NCBI GenBank assembly: GCA_050945795.1
Contig: JBMNTP010000001.1
Span: 230,879 to 294,878, forward strand
DNA length: 64,000 nucleotides
From: Christensenellales bacterium
GTDB lineage: Bacteria > Bacillota > Clostridia > Christensenellales > MGBC116941
Direction: 5' to 3'
The translations under genes were made by a program, and so were the position numbers. Position 1 is the first letter of the stretch. Every line of letters starts with the position of its first letter. The notes below the pieces were generated by a model. The model saw only the letters and a list, made by a program, of their open reading frames with translations, was not told the origin of the DNA and made no database searches. This document shows, in pieces, positions 45,860 to 55,957 of the stretch.

Positions 45860-47155
45860 GCCGCGCTTCCTCGCCTCTTTGTTCTGTAATATACGCGCCT
45901 CTTGCCCCTGATCGCTCGGCCGGTAATACTCCCTATCCTCAACGGAGGGCGGCGCGTATTTCTGCTCTACCCAGTGCCCGGGAAAGTCATGCGGGTATTT
46001 ATACCCTTCGCCGTTGCCAAGGCTGCGCGCACCGCGATAGCTGGTATCTCTAAGGTGCATGGGTACCGGCTCCTCCACCCTACCCTCAACATCGGCGAAC
46101 GCCTCATCTACCGCCACAACAACGCTGTTTGATTTAGGCGATTCGCATATGTATATTATGGCCTGCGCCAGCGGCAACCGCGCCTCCGGCATTCCTATAT
46201 GCTCAAGCGCCTGCGCTGCCGACACCGCCTGCTGCATGGCCTGCGGGTTAGCCAGCCCTACATCCTCGCTCGCATGCGCTATAAGCCTTCTCGCTATTAT
46301 CCTAGGATCTATGCCGGCATAAATAAGTCGCGCGAACCACGCCAGCGCTGCGCTCGAATCGCCGCCCCTTAGGCTCTTACAAAAGGCGCTAAGCATGTTG
46401 TAATACTGCTCTTCGCCGCATGAGAGCGCCTTTTTCTGTATGCTCTCCTCAGCTATTTCCTCGTTTATCCTTATCTCGCCGTCTTTTTCCGGCGTTGTAA
46501 GCACAGCCAATTCCAGTGCGTTTAAAGCGGTACGGACATCCCCGTTCGCCACAAACGCCATATGCCTTCTAGCTTCCGGCTCAAGCACAACGTTAAGAGC
46601 GCCAAAGCCCCTTTCCTTATCTAAAAGCGCGGCGTCAAGCGCCTGCTCAAGCTCGTCCGGCCCTAGAGGATAAAACTGAAACAAGCGGCACCTGCTGACA
46701 ATAGCTCCCGTCATAGCTACAAGCGGGTTTTCAGTAGTAGAGCCTATGAAGCGGATTATACCCTTTTCCATAGCATATAAAACGCTGTCGCTCTGCGCTT
46801 TGCTCCACCTATGGCACTCATCAAGAAGCAGATAAGACGCCACGCCGTACATCTTAAGGTTATCCTCCGCCTTCTCTATAATCTCCCTTACATCCTTAAC
46901 TCCCGCCGTAACGGCGTTAAGCTTGTAGAAGGCTGATTTTGTAGATTCGGCTATTATGGAGGCCAGCGTAGTTTTGCCGCAGCCGGGCGGGCCAAAGAAA
47001 ATAGAGCTGGTAAGGCTGCCGGCCTCAATAGCCCGCCTTAACAGCCGCCCCGCACCCACAATATGCCGCTGCCCTATGAACTCATCAAGCGACCTTGGCC
47101 GCATCCTGTCGGCAAGCGGTGCCATTTTTTGAGCATTTTGCGTAAAAAGATCCAT
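45839..47155 (-). CDS. rarA: Replication-associated recombination protein A (AAA+ ATPase)
   Basis: Walker A GPPGCGKTT, LLDECHRW, and a C-terminal MgsA domain. ATG 47155 lies 5 nt after GGAGG. Confidence 0.9.
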   Translation of the reverse strand: MDLFTQNAQKMAPLADRMRPRSLDEFIGQRHIVGAGRLLRRAIEAGSLTSSIFFGPPGCGKTTLASIIAESTKSAFYKLNAVTAGVKDVREIIEKAEDNLKMYGVASYLLLDECHRWSKAQSDSVLYAMEKGIIRFIGSTTENPLVAMTGAIVSRCRLFQFYPLGPDELEQALDAALLDKERGFGALNVVLEPEARRHMAFVANGDVRTALNALELAVLTTPEKDGEIRINEEIAEESIQKKALSCGEEQYYNMLSAFCKSLRGGDSSAALAWFARLIYAGIDPRIIARRLIAHASEDVGLANPQAMQQAVSAAQALEHIGMPEARLPLAQAIIYICESPKSNSVVVAVDEAFADVEGRVEEPVPMHLRDTSYRGARSLGNGEGYKYPHDFPGHWVEQKYAPPSVEDREYYRPSDQGQEARILQNKEARKRGFTNGRA

Positions 47156-47230
47156 ACCACCCTCCAAAAAACGCCTGTTTTAAGTATAATACACATAAAA
47201 AACTATGTCCATAACCGTGCTAAGCCGCTG

Positions 47231-47259
47231 TTGATAATCACATCATCGTGGTATATAAT
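47231..47259 (+). promoter_or_regulatory. Sigma-A-type promoter for serC-serA
   Basis: TTGATA (47231-47236), a 17-nt spacer, then TATAAT (47254-47259). Confidence 0.65.
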
Positions 47260-47280
47260 TGATGCAAATATGCGTTCTTA

Positions 47281-47303
47281 AGCCGTATTTAATAAATACG
47301 GCT
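47281..47303 (+). promoter_or_regulatory. Perfect 10-bp palindrome in the serC leader (candidate operator or stabilising hairpin)
   Basis: AGCCGTATTT-aat-AAATACGGCT, about 15-40 nt downstream of the predicted transcription start. No U-tract. Confidence 0.4.
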
Positions 47304-47359
47304 GTTAGGCGCAGCTATCGAGTAACCCACATTAAGTTTATATATTAGGAGGCTACACC

Positions 47360-48439
47360 ATGAGGGTATACAACTTCTCCGCAGGCCCCGCCTGTTTGCC
47401 GCTGCCGGTGCTTGAAAAAGCGCAGCGTGAATTTATAGAGCACGAGGATCACGGCATGTCCGTTATGGAGATGAGCCACAGGAGCGGCATGTTCGAGGAA
47501 ATAATAAACGCCGCTACCGCCAGTCTTAAAAGGCTTATGTCGATTCCGGAAGGCTATAAGGTATTATATTTGCAAGGCGGCGCATCGTCCCAGTTCGCCA
47601 TGATACCTTTAAACCTCGGCACCAAAAACCGACGGGCCGACTATGTATCTACCGGCATGTGGTCTAAAAGAGCGATAGCCGAAGCCAAAAGGTATATCGA
47701 TGTAAACGTAGTGGCGTCAAGCCAGGATAAAACATTCAACTACATACCTGAGCTCGACCCAAAAACATTCGATTCTAGCGCCGACTATTTCCATATAACC
47801 TCAAACAACACAATATACGGCACAAAATGGCCTTCCCCACCGGATACCGGCAATGTGCCGCTTATTAGCGATATGTCGTCGAATATATTATCCGAGCGCA
47901 TTGACGTAAGCAAATACGCCGTTATATACGCCGGCGCTCAAAAGAATATAGCCGCCGCCGGACTTACAATAGTTATAATCCGCGAAGACCTTATCGGCGC
48001 AGCTTCGGATATATGCCCGACTATGTTCGATTACAAAACCCACGCCGACAACGATTCGCTTTACAACACCCCGCCAACTTATTGCATATACATAGCAAAG
48101 TTGGTGTTTGATTGGCTCGAATCCATGGGTGGCGTTACGGAGATGGAAAAGCTAAACAAAGCCAAAGCCTCGCTGCTTTATGATTATCTCGACGAATCCC
48201 GCCTGTTTAGCGCGACTGTTGAAAAGCCGTTCCGCTCCATAATGAACGTGCCTTTTGTTACAGGAAACGACGAAACCGACGCCGCGTTTATAAAGGCCGC
48301 AAGCGCCAAAGGGCTTGTCAACCTCAAAGGCCATCGCTCTGTTGGAGGAATGCGCGCCAGCATATACAACCCCATGCCGTATGACGGCGTTAAGGCGCTA
48401 GTAGACTTTATGAAACAGTTTGAGTCTGATAATCGATAA
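47360..48439 (+). CDS. serC: Phosphoserine aminotransferase
   Basis: YNFSAGPA N-terminus. 359 aa. Adjacent to serA. Confidence 0.9.
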   Translation: MRVYNFSAGPACLPLPVLEKAQREFIEHEDHGMSVMEMSHRSGMFEEIINAATASLKRLMSIPEGYKVLYLQGGASSQFAMIPLNLGTKNRRADYVSTGMWSKRAIAEAKRYIDVNVVASSQDKTFNYIPELDPKTFDSSADYFHITSNNTIYGTKWPSPPDTGNVPLISDMSSNILSERIDVSKYAVIYAGAQKNIAAAGLTIVIIREDLIGAASDICPTMFDYKTHADNDSLYNTPPTYCIYIAKLVFDWLESMGGVTEMEKLNKAKASLLYDYLDESRLFSATVEKPFRSIMNVPFVTGNDETDAAFIKAASAKGLVNLKGHRSVGGMRASIYNPMPYDGVKALVDFMKQFESDNR

Positions 48440-48453
48440 AGAAGGATATAAAT

Positions 48454-49623
48454 ATGTATAAAATAAAAACGTTAAACGCTATTTCAGATATAATTCATGA
48501 CTACCTGCCCGCCACTAGCTATGAAATAACAACAGAAGGCGACGACTACCATGGAATACTCGTGCGCAGCGCTCAATGCTGCGACATGGCTTTCCCCGAC
48601 AGCCTTCTCGCTATATCAAGGGCGGGTGCCGGCGTTAACAACATACCCATCGACAGGTGCAGCGAAAGCGGTATCTGCGTATTCAATACGCCGGGCGCTA
48701 ACGCAAATGCTGTTAAAGAACTAGTTTTGGCGGCTATGCTTTTTGCGTCGCGCAATATACCTGCGGCTATCGATTGGATAAACACGCTTAAAGGCAAAGG
48801 CGATAAGGTAGCGCCGCTGGTTGAAAAGGGCAAAAGTCAGTTTGTCGGCCCTGAAATAAGGGGTAAAAAGCTTGGCGTTATAGGGCTGGGCGCGATAGGT
48901 GTTATGGTAGCTAACGATGCTAAGGCAATAGGTATGGAAGTATACGGATACGACCCGTTTATATCTGTTGAATCGGCTTGGCATCTTTCGCGCGGTATAC
49001 ACCGCTCAAACTCGCTCGATGAACTGTTATCGACTTGCGATTATATAACGCTTCACGTTCCTTTAATGGAAAAAACGCGGGGATACATCGGCGTCGAGCA
49101 GCTATCAAAAATCAAAAAAGGTGCTTATTTGCTTAACTTTGCGAGAGGCGAACTCGTGGATCTTCCCGCCATACTTGAAGCACTTGAAACGGGAGTTGTA
49201 GCCAAATACATAACCGACTTCCCCACCGATGAGCTTATAAAGCACCCAAATGCTATCGCTATCCCCCACCTCGGCGCTTCAACGCCGGAATCGGAGGAGA
49301 CATGCGCAGCGATGGCGGCTTCTCAGCTTAGAAGTTATATTGAGCATGGCGATATTATAAACAGCGTTAACCTGCCCGATTGCTGTATGCCACACTCCAC
49401 AGGCATACGCCTTACCTTCGTGCATCGCAACGCACCTAATATGGTAGGACAGATAGCCGCGGTGCTCGCGCAGCATCACGCCAACATAGACAATATGATA
49501 AACAAAAGCAAGGGCAATATGGCGTACACAATGATAGACCTTGACGAGGCGGTCGGTAACGGCTTAACAATGCGCCTCGAATCAATAGACGGCGTTATAC
49601 GGGTCAGGGAAATAAGAACCTGA
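48454..49623 (+). CDS. serA: D-3-phosphoglycerate dehydrogenase (with C-terminal ACT domain)
   Basis: 2-hydroxyacid dehydrogenase NAD fold GVIGLGAIG and a catalytic HLGAST region. Confidence 0.85.
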   Translation: MYKIKTLNAISDIIHDYLPATSYEITTEGDDYHGILVRSAQCCDMAFPDSLLAISRAGAGVNNIPIDRCSESGICVFNTPGANANAVKELVLAAMLFASRNIPAAIDWINTLKGKGDKVAPLVEKGKSQFVGPEIRGKKLGVIGLGAIGVMVANDAKAIGMEVYGYDPFISVESAWHLSRGIHRSNSLDELLSTCDYITLHVPLMEKTRGYIGVEQLSKIKKGAYLLNFARGELVDLPAILEALETGVVAKYITDFPTDELIKHPNAIAIPHLGASTPESEETCAAMAASQLRSYIEHGDIINSVNLPDCCMPHSTGIRLTFVHRNAPNMVGQIAAVLAQHHANIDNMINKSKGNMAYTMIDLDEAVGNGLTMRLESIDGVIRVREIRT

Positions 49624-49657
49624 GCCGCACACTAAAATAAATGAAAGAGGGCGGAAA

Positions 49658-49999
49658 ATGGAAAACAAGTATTTAAAGAATATCGATTATTCAACCGCGT
49701 TGGGCTTTGCCGATCTCGTAGGTTATCATGAAGGACAGGTGGTAAGCCGCACGTTGGTTCAGAACAGTGCCGTAAGTATAACGCTTTTCGCTTTTGACGC
49801 CGGCGAAGAAATAAGCACGCACGAATCAAAAGGCGACGCGCTGATACTCGTGCTTGACGGCACCGGCCGCATCACCATAGACGGCAAAGAGCATTTAGTA
49901 GCCAATGGCGAAGCGATAGTAATGCCCGCCAATGTGCCGCACGCCGTTGCCGCCGACGCCCGCTTTAAAATGGTGCTAATAGTAGTATTCCCTTCATAA
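49658..49999 (+). CDS. Cupin domain protein
   Basis: 113 aa with a cupin-like GEEISTHESKGDALILVLDG...MPANVPHAV pattern. Confidence 0.7.
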   Translation: MENKYLKNIDYSTALGFADLVGYHEGQVVSRTLVQNSAVSITLFAFDAGEEISTHESKGDALILVLDGTGRITIDGKEHLVANGEAIVMPANVPHAVAADARFKMVLIVVFPS

Positions 50000-50015
50000 A
50001 TATAGACAAAACAAA

Positions 50016-50058
50016 ACCGGCATTCGCCTTTTAAACTGAGGCATATGTCGGTTTTTTT
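50016..50058. terminator. Terminator between the cupin and HAD genes
   Basis: ACCGGCAT...ATGTCGGT stem (one G-U pair, long loop) followed by TTTTTTT. Confidence 0.55.
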
Positions 50059-50062
50059 GTAT

Positions 50063-50731
50063 TTACTCTCCGCTTTTATATAAAGGCGTATCCTCATGCA
50101 GTATTTCATTAAAATCCGTTATATACCTGTCGGCAAGAGAGCGCATCGCCTCCTCTTCATGGCCGGCATAAACGTCATGAACAGCTGTAACCATCATGCC
50201 CGCCTCCTTGGCGCTTTTCGCCGCCATATAAAGGTCCTCGAAAACCATGCATTGAGCGGCGTCAACGCCCAGCCTTTTCGCCGCCAGAAAGAACAGCTCC
50301 GGCTGCTTTTTGCTCATACCCGTCTCGCTGCTCGGTATAATAACATCGAATAAATCTGAAATGCCGTTGCCTATAAGCGCCGCCTCCAAAAGCATCCTCG
50401 GCGCCGCCGTAAGCACCGCCGTCTTAACGCCTGCTTTAGTTAGCGCCTCAACATATTCGCGCGCCCCCGCCTTCATGCGAACGCTGCTATAATGCCGCAG
50501 CGCCGCCTCATTCCATTGCCGTATAAATTCGGCAGCGCTTACATTTATGCCGTACCTTTCAATTATGTACTTCGCGCTTTCCTTAAAGCCCATGCTCCTA
50601 ACCGCCTCGGTATGCCCTTCGCCCGGCTCCTTTTCCCATTTCGCCAAAAGCTCTTTGTCTATGCTTTCGCAAATACCCATAGAGTCTATCAGAGTACCGT
50701 CAAGATCGAAAATGGCTCCACTAAAAAACAT
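50063..50731 (-). CDS. HAD family hydrolase (beta-phosphoglucomutase-like subfamily IA)
   Basis: DLDGTLIDS motif I, a motif II T/S, and a C-terminal FEDL motif. Confidence 0.85.
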   Translation of the reverse strand: MFFSGAIFDLDGTLIDSMGICESIDKELLAKWEKEPGEGHTEAVRSMGFKESAKYIIERYGINVSAAEFIRQWNEAALRHYSSVRMKAGAREYVEALTKAGVKTAVLTAAPRMLLEAALIGNGISDLFDVIIPSSETGMSKKQPELFFLAAKRLGVDAAQCMVFEDLYMAAKSAKEAGMMVTAVHDVYAGHEEEAMRSLADRYITDFNEILHEDTPLYKSGE

Positions 50732-50839
50732 AGTTGCTCCCCCTGCTGTTTGTCTGTAGATAATGTCCCGTCCCGTTCAAAGCAAAGCCGCTATCCTCTT
50801 TTTGGATAACGGCCCGCCTTTTAAGATTTCAGTCAACAA

Positions 50840-52744
50840 TCACCAGCCGCGCCCGCCGCCGCCGCCAAAGCCGCCGCCCGAGAAACCTCCACCGCCACCG
50901 CCGCCAAAGCCGCTGCCCCCGCCGCCAACTCCTCCTTGCGGCGCCGGTCTTGATGTGAACGAAGTGCTCATGCTGTTCATCGTCGAATTCATCATATTTA
51001 TAAACAGAACGGTAGAGAATACGTCGGTGCCGCGGTATCCGCTGTACCAGTTCGGCGCGCCGGGATCAATGCCAATCCTTTCAAAATTCTTGGCCCATTT
51101 GTCGGTTATGCCTAATACATACGCGTACGGTAGGATGCTGTAAAAATATGATGGATCTTGCTCTACCAGCCGCTCTATCCTGTCCTTTTCGGCCATCTCT
51201 ATAAACTGCCGCAACCCTAAAAGATGACCTATAAGCTCTGTACCGCGCTGCGTTCTGCGCCTAAGGCTGCCCGCCGCTAATGACGCCACCAGCGCCGCCA
51301 CCGCCGTAGCTACCGCTACTAATGGCAAATCAAATCCCGCCACCATTATAATGACATACAGTGCCAACGCCAACGCGCTAAATATCAAGGCGAGTATAAG
51401 CCTCCCAACGCGCTTTGCCACCCGCTCAACCGCCCAGTCCCTTATTATGTTTGTCATAAGCGTAAGCGGCAGCATAACAAGCATTGATAATGCCGCGCAT
51501 ATCACACCCCAAACCGGCTCTCCTGAATGATACCATGCCATTATAAAAGTACTTACAGCTAGCGTCAGCGCCGCCAAAGCCCGGGCAAAAGCGCTTATCG
51601 ACTGTGATTTTAGAGTATAAAGCCGGTTGCCTTCGCGCGAATAAACATCCTTTACGCCTGCCTTAACCATTTCAACGGTAGTATAGAATTTTGTTTCGAG
51701 CGTCTTTATGGCTACCGCATCGCCGGACTTGAAAAGAGCCTCAAACATGTTCTTCTCGTAGAATTTGGCTTCTTCCGGCATATCCTTTATTTTTTCAAGA
51801 GTAATCTTATTTTTCTTTTCCTCAACTATCCTTAGATACCCTTTATCGGCCCAATATATTATAAGCGAAACAACATCCTTATTATCCGCCCTGCCGTCTA
51901 TAACGTATCCCACTTCAGCCGGCGTCATGCCCTCCGGCGGATAAAACTCCACCGGCGCTATAAGTTTTTTGTCCCGCCCGTATCTTAAAAGCAGAGCCGC
52001 CGCTACAACCGTTACAATAACGCAGGCGGCTATAAGCCACGGCTCAAACGGCCGATACAGTCTTTCGCCAGTAAAATACCCCTCCGGCAAATCCACCTGT
52101 ACAGTAACGCCTTCTTGCGCTCTAAGGCCAAAAGCCTCGCCGCTTATTACATTGCCGCTTATGTTTAAATCAATCTGCTCACCTGAGCCATACCGCCCTT
52201 TATATGCCCATACCTTAGCGGCGTCAAACTCCTTTGGCATCTCAATTGTAAACGATGCTTTGTCAGTTTCAGCGTCCCATCCGGTACCTATTACATTGAA
52301 ATAGAACATATCAAAATCGCTTATATCGTCATCGCCAAGGTTTAATGTATAGTTAATTGTATAAGTGACAATGCCCGTCACATACTCATTCGGGTCGCCA
52401 ATTCTTATATGTACATAATTGCTCTCTCGGCTTACGCTGCTCATAAAACTCGGCACGCTTATATTTGAAACATTCAACCTGTACATCTTTTCGATGTCCT
52501 CGGCGGTAAAGGACAGTGCCGTAGGAATGCTGCGAATTATGCCGTGCGCCGGCCCCCTTACCAATGTATAATCTGAGGTAATCTCCTCAACTATATCTAA
52601 AACATTATTTTGCGATACCTTAATATGAACATTATAATCTTTAAAATATCTATAAGAGCTGTCCTGCGCGAAAGCAGGAGCCGGAAACATCAAAAGCCCG
52701 ACCGCTATAATCGCCGCCGCCAAAAAAGCTATGATTCTTTTCAT
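50840..52744 (-). CDS. DUF2207 domain membrane protein with Gly-rich C-terminal tail
   Basis: Signal/anchor, extracytoplasmic beta-rich domain, multiple TM helices, and a GGVGGGGSGFGGGGGGGFSGGGFGGGGGRGW terminus typical of DUF2207. Sits downstream of lemA. Confidence 0.8.
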   Translation of the reverse strand: MKRIIAFLAAAIIAVGLLMFPAPAFAQDSSYRYFKDYNVHIKVSQNNVLDIVEEITSDYTLVRGPAHGIIRSIPTALSFTAEDIEKMYRLNVSNISVPSFMSSVSRESNYVHIRIGDPNEYVTGIVTYTINYTLNLGDDDISDFDMFYFNVIGTGWDAETDKASFTIEMPKEFDAAKVWAYKGRYGSGEQIDLNISGNVISGEAFGLRAQEGVTVQVDLPEGYFTGERLYRPFEPWLIAACVIVTVVAAALLLRYGRDKKLIAPVEFYPPEGMTPAEVGYVIDGRADNKDVVSLIIYWADKGYLRIVEEKKNKITLEKIKDMPEEAKFYEKNMFEALFKSGDAVAIKTLETKFYTTVEMVKAGVKDVYSREGNRLYTLKSQSISAFARALAALTLAVSTFIMAWYHSGEPVWGVICAALSMLVMLPLTLMTNIIRDWAVERVAKRVGRLILALIFSALALALYVIIMVAGFDLPLVAVATAVAALVASLAAGSLRRRTQRGTELIGHLLGLRQFIEMAEKDRIERLVEQDPSYFYSILPYAYVLGITDKWAKNFERIGIDPGAPNWYSGYRGTDVFSTVLFINMMNSTMNSMSTSFTSRPAPQGGVGGGGSGFGGGGGGGFSGGGFGGGGGRGW

Positions 52745-52829
52745 TGATCTGCCCCCTTTCAATACCCGCGCCAGGGGATTTTAAAATGCCGGACGCGTCA
52801 TTTAGAGCGCCCGGCTATTTTTAATACTT

Positions 52830-53381
52830 TTAGAACTGCACCCTTACATTCTCGCGCTGCTCAGACGCTATTTCAAACATAGGCTGCTTTTCAAACTTGA
52901 ATATACCCGCGACAATGGAGCTTGGGAAAACCTGTCTTTTAGTGTTAAACTCTTTAACAACGGCGTTGTAGTATTTTCTTGAGTTGGCAATCTCTCCTTC
53001 AATCGACTGAAGCTGCCTTTGTAAATCCATAAAGTTCTGGTTCGCCTTAAGGTCGGGATAACTCTCGGCTACCGCAAAAAGCGTGCGCAGCGTTCCGGTT
53101 AGGGCGTTTTCGCCTTCGAGCCTGTCTTCAACGCTTGCTGCGCCGGCCGCCATGTTCCTTGCCGCTATAACCTTTTCAAGCGTCTCTTTTTCGTGCGACG
53201 CGTAGCCCTTAACAGTTTCAACGAGATTGGGTATGAGATCGTAGCGCTTTTTTAAATAAACATCCATAGTGGCAAACGCCTCTTCCACCATGTTTTTAAG
53301 CTTAACAAAGCCGTTATAAGAGGAAATGAACCAAATCACTAAAATTATTAGAACACCACCGATTATCAACCCTGGCAACAT
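52830..53381 (-). CDS. lemA: LemA family protein
   Basis: Single N-terminal TM helix followed by YNGFVKLKN...YDLIPNLV...YPDLKAN...YYN blocks. ATG 53381 lies 9 nt after GGAGG. Confidence 0.9.
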   Translation of the reverse strand: MLPGLIIGGVLIILVIWFISSYNGFVKLKNMVEEAFATMDVYLKKRYDLIPNLVETVKGYASHEKETLEKVIAARNMAAGAASVEDRLEGENALTGTLRTLFAVAESYPDLKANQNFMDLQRQLQSIEGEIANSRKYYNAVVKEFNTKRQVFPSSIVAGIFKFEKQPMFEIASEQRENVRVQF

Positions 53382-53525
53382 ATAATTATACCTCCAACAT
53401 CCATCCCGTAATGGCGCCGGCATCAGCCGTTTCGCAAGGGATTTATTAATTAAACAATACCATACATAACCATGCCGCGCAAACAAACTTATCCAATATT
53501 TTTCAGTTTTTACATGCTATTTACT

Positions 53526-54911
53526 TTAGCGTTTTCTTGGCGCGTAATCCGGCTTTATTCCCGTTATTTCGGTTACATAAGCGTCTATCGATACAAGGTC
53601 ATCCTTTGAAACTTGATGTATGCTTATTTTTCCCATAGCCCGCACCGCCGTTTCCATCTCCTTTTGGCACGAGCAAAGGAACTTGAACAAAAGCAGCGCG
53701 CCCTTTTGGCTATTATATCCTTTAGAATATTTGCCGTTATACCACGTAGCCTCACCTGGCGGGCTAAACGGCAGCGCGCGCAACATAAACTCATGCACCG
53801 CCACAAACAACGCCGCCGAGCCTATATAAACGGCATCTGCGCCGAGCGCTATTGCTTTTAGGAAATCGCCCGGCGTCATAAGCCCGCCCGATATAATTAT
53901 ATCTATGCTGTCACGCGCGCCAATACGCTCAAGATGGTTAACCGCCCTTGTTAATGCCGTTATAGTCGGCAGCCCGAAGTCATCGAGCAGTACAGGCAGC
54001 GCGCCTCGAGTCGCCGCCTCCGCCCCGTCTATCGCTATATAGTCAAGCCCCGAGCGCAGACACACATCTATATCGCCTTCTATCCCATCTCCCGCCGCTA
54101 TCTTTGCGCCAATCGGCACGCCGCCGGTAATCTCCCTTATACGCCGGGTGGTGTTTATTAAATCCTCCTCGCTGTCTATTCCTGGGATTCTCGCGTGGGC
54201 TACGAGCGGCACTCCTTTTTTAATATTGAACCGCTTTCTAAGCCCTCTATCTAAGTCCTTTGGCTTCATGCGGTGCGATGTGCCGCCGGTAGCGCCCTGC
54301 CCAAACTGATATTCAATAGCATCGGCGCGCTTAAGGTCGGCGTCCGTCTTGTTCCAAAAGCCTCTATTGTATTGAAGTATAAGCTGCTTTGCCGCGCGCC
54401 TGTCGCCTTCGAGCATACCGCCTTCGCCGGTGCAATAAGCCGTTCCTATAAGCGACGACGCCTTCGCCATAGCTAACTTTATAGATGCCGGTAATGCCTT
54501 TCCAAAAGCTATACCCGATATCATAACCGGCAGTTTGAGCCGGAGCGGTCGCGCCGAATGCCTGCCTATTACAGTATTCATATCGACCGGCACTTCTTCA
54601 GGCGTTGGAAAGGTAGAGAGCTGCGCAAAGTTGAACATAAGGCTGTCTAATGACGGCATGGGTTTAAAAGTGCCAAAAGGCCGCTCTATTCTGTCTCCGC
54701 TCTCGGCTCGCAAGCTGTTTTCTATAACGTCTTTCATGCCGGCCCGCTGTAAAGACGCTAAAAGCGTCCACATGTTTTTATCAAAAGGTTGTGTTAACAT
54801 GCTCTTTACAGGCATGTTTATTATTTTTCTGGCCAGCCATTTGAGCGCCGGCCCCGATGCCGCCAGCACAGGAGCCGCCAATATCAGTTTGCGCTTTGTA
54901 TCTTTTTTCAT
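53526..54911 (-). CDS. FMN-binding glutamate synthase family protein (GltB central-domain-like) with N-terminal hydrophobic segment
   Basis: CTGEGGMLE, QFGQGATGG and IDGAEAATRG blocks are typical of GltS-related FMN proteins. Confidence 0.75.
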   Translation of the reverse strand: MKKDTKRKLILAAPVLAASGPALKWLARKIINMPVKSMLTQPFDKNMWTLLASLQRAGMKDVIENSLRAESGDRIERPFGTFKPMPSLDSLMFNFAQLSTFPTPEEVPVDMNTVIGRHSARPLRLKLPVMISGIAFGKALPASIKLAMAKASSLIGTAYCTGEGGMLEGDRRAAKQLILQYNRGFWNKTDADLKRADAIEYQFGQGATGGTSHRMKPKDLDRGLRKRFNIKKGVPLVAHARIPGIDSEEDLINTTRRIREITGGVPIGAKIAAGDGIEGDIDVCLRSGLDYIAIDGAEAATRGALPVLLDDFGLPTITALTRAVNHLERIGARDSIDIIISGGLMTPGDFLKAIALGADAVYIGSAALFVAVHEFMLRALPFSPPGEATWYNGKYSKGYNSQKGALLLFKFLCSCQKEMETAVRAMGKISIHQVSKDDLVSIDAYVTEITGIKPDYAPRKR

Positions 54912-55183
54912 ATTTCACCCTCGTTGCGTTATATGCTTATTATCCGCCGCTTGCCGCTCAAATAGCATAAACACTAGAGGTATTTGTTTCCTTATAGCTA
55001 AAACCATATTAGCGCACACCAAAAAAACATATGGTAGTTTGCTCTGAAATTATCAATGTAGCAATCGAAAGACATTTTTCTGCCATATTAAACCATAGAT
55101 ATGAAGAGACGAAACTTAGCTTGACTGGCATGTTAAAATCATATTACTAATGTTATATAATATAAATTTAGAAGGTTGAATGC

Positions 55184-55885
55184 ATGGATAGAGTAATAAT
55201 AAAAAACGAAAAGCCAACAACTCAAAAGCGTGTTAAAAATAAAGCGCCGCGTTTAGCGTTTATCGCGCTCTTTTTGATACTTATCGCGGCGCTAGGATAT
55301 GTTATATGGGACAGTATACCGTCTACCCCGTACGAGGCGCTAAGCATACAGGAAGTTGAAAACATAATATCAGCCAATCCCCCTCTTGATGATAAGAGGC
55401 AAGAGGTTTTAGATTCCGGTCTTTCGTTACTTGGTAAAGTAAATTATTTTTGGGGCGGCAAAAGCAATTCTATAGGCTGGGATAAAAGATGGGGCGTTCC
55501 TATGATAGTGATGAGCAAGGGCAGCGAAACTACGGGTACGCAGCGGCCTTTCGGGCTTGATTGCTCAGGCTTTGTCACATGGTGTTTTATGCAGGCGGGT
55601 TACACGCCGGAGCAGGCAGATGAGCTTATCGGCAATGGCACATGGAATCAATGGGACAGGTCGGTTCCTATAAAATGGAAGGATATTAGCGTTGGCGATT
55701 ATGCGTTTGAAAACGAATATCCCACCAATAAAGGCAATCATATCGGCATATGCGTAGGCTTTGATGATAAAAATCAGCCTGTTTTTATGCATTGCGCATA
55801 CAGCTTTAATAATGTAGTAGTGACTAATGCCGGGCATGTATTTAAATACCCCAGGCGGCCTAATGTGTTCATATCTGATAATTGA
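55184..55885 (+). CDS. Membrane-anchored NlpC/P60 (C40) peptidoglycan endopeptidase
   Basis: N-terminal TM anchor, catalytic Cys in GLDCSGFVTWCF, and His in GNHIGICVG. Confidence 0.85.
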   Translation: MDRVIIKNEKPTTQKRVKNKAPRLAFIALFLILIAALGYVIWDSIPSTPYEALSIQEVENIISANPPLDDKRQEVLDSGLSLLGKVNYFWGGKSNSIGWDKRWGVPMIVMSKGSETTGTQRPFGLDCSGFVTWCFMQAGYTPEQADELIGNGTWNQWDRSVPIKWKDISVGDYAFENEYPTNKGNHIGICVGFDDKNQPVFMHCAYSFNNVVVTNAGHVFKYPRRPNVFISDN

Positions 55886-55924
55886 GCGGCGGAAAAAATT
55901 TTATAAATCTTTATAATGCAACCA

Positions 55925-55957
55925 ACCGGCTTATTCCCTTTTAAAAGCGGTTTTTTT
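55925..55957 (+). terminator. Intrinsic terminator after the NlpC/P60 gene
   Basis: ACCGGCT...AGCGGT stem (one bulge) followed by TTTTTTT. Confidence 0.5.

Noticed and set aside
50763-51143. Proline-rich ORF (PPPPPKPPPEKPPPPPPPKP...), and the Arg-rich ORF at 31729-32175
   Set aside because: They are antisense images of the Gly-rich DUF2207 tail and the Pro/Gly-rich surface-protein tail respectively. Each is explained by the opposite-strand gene.
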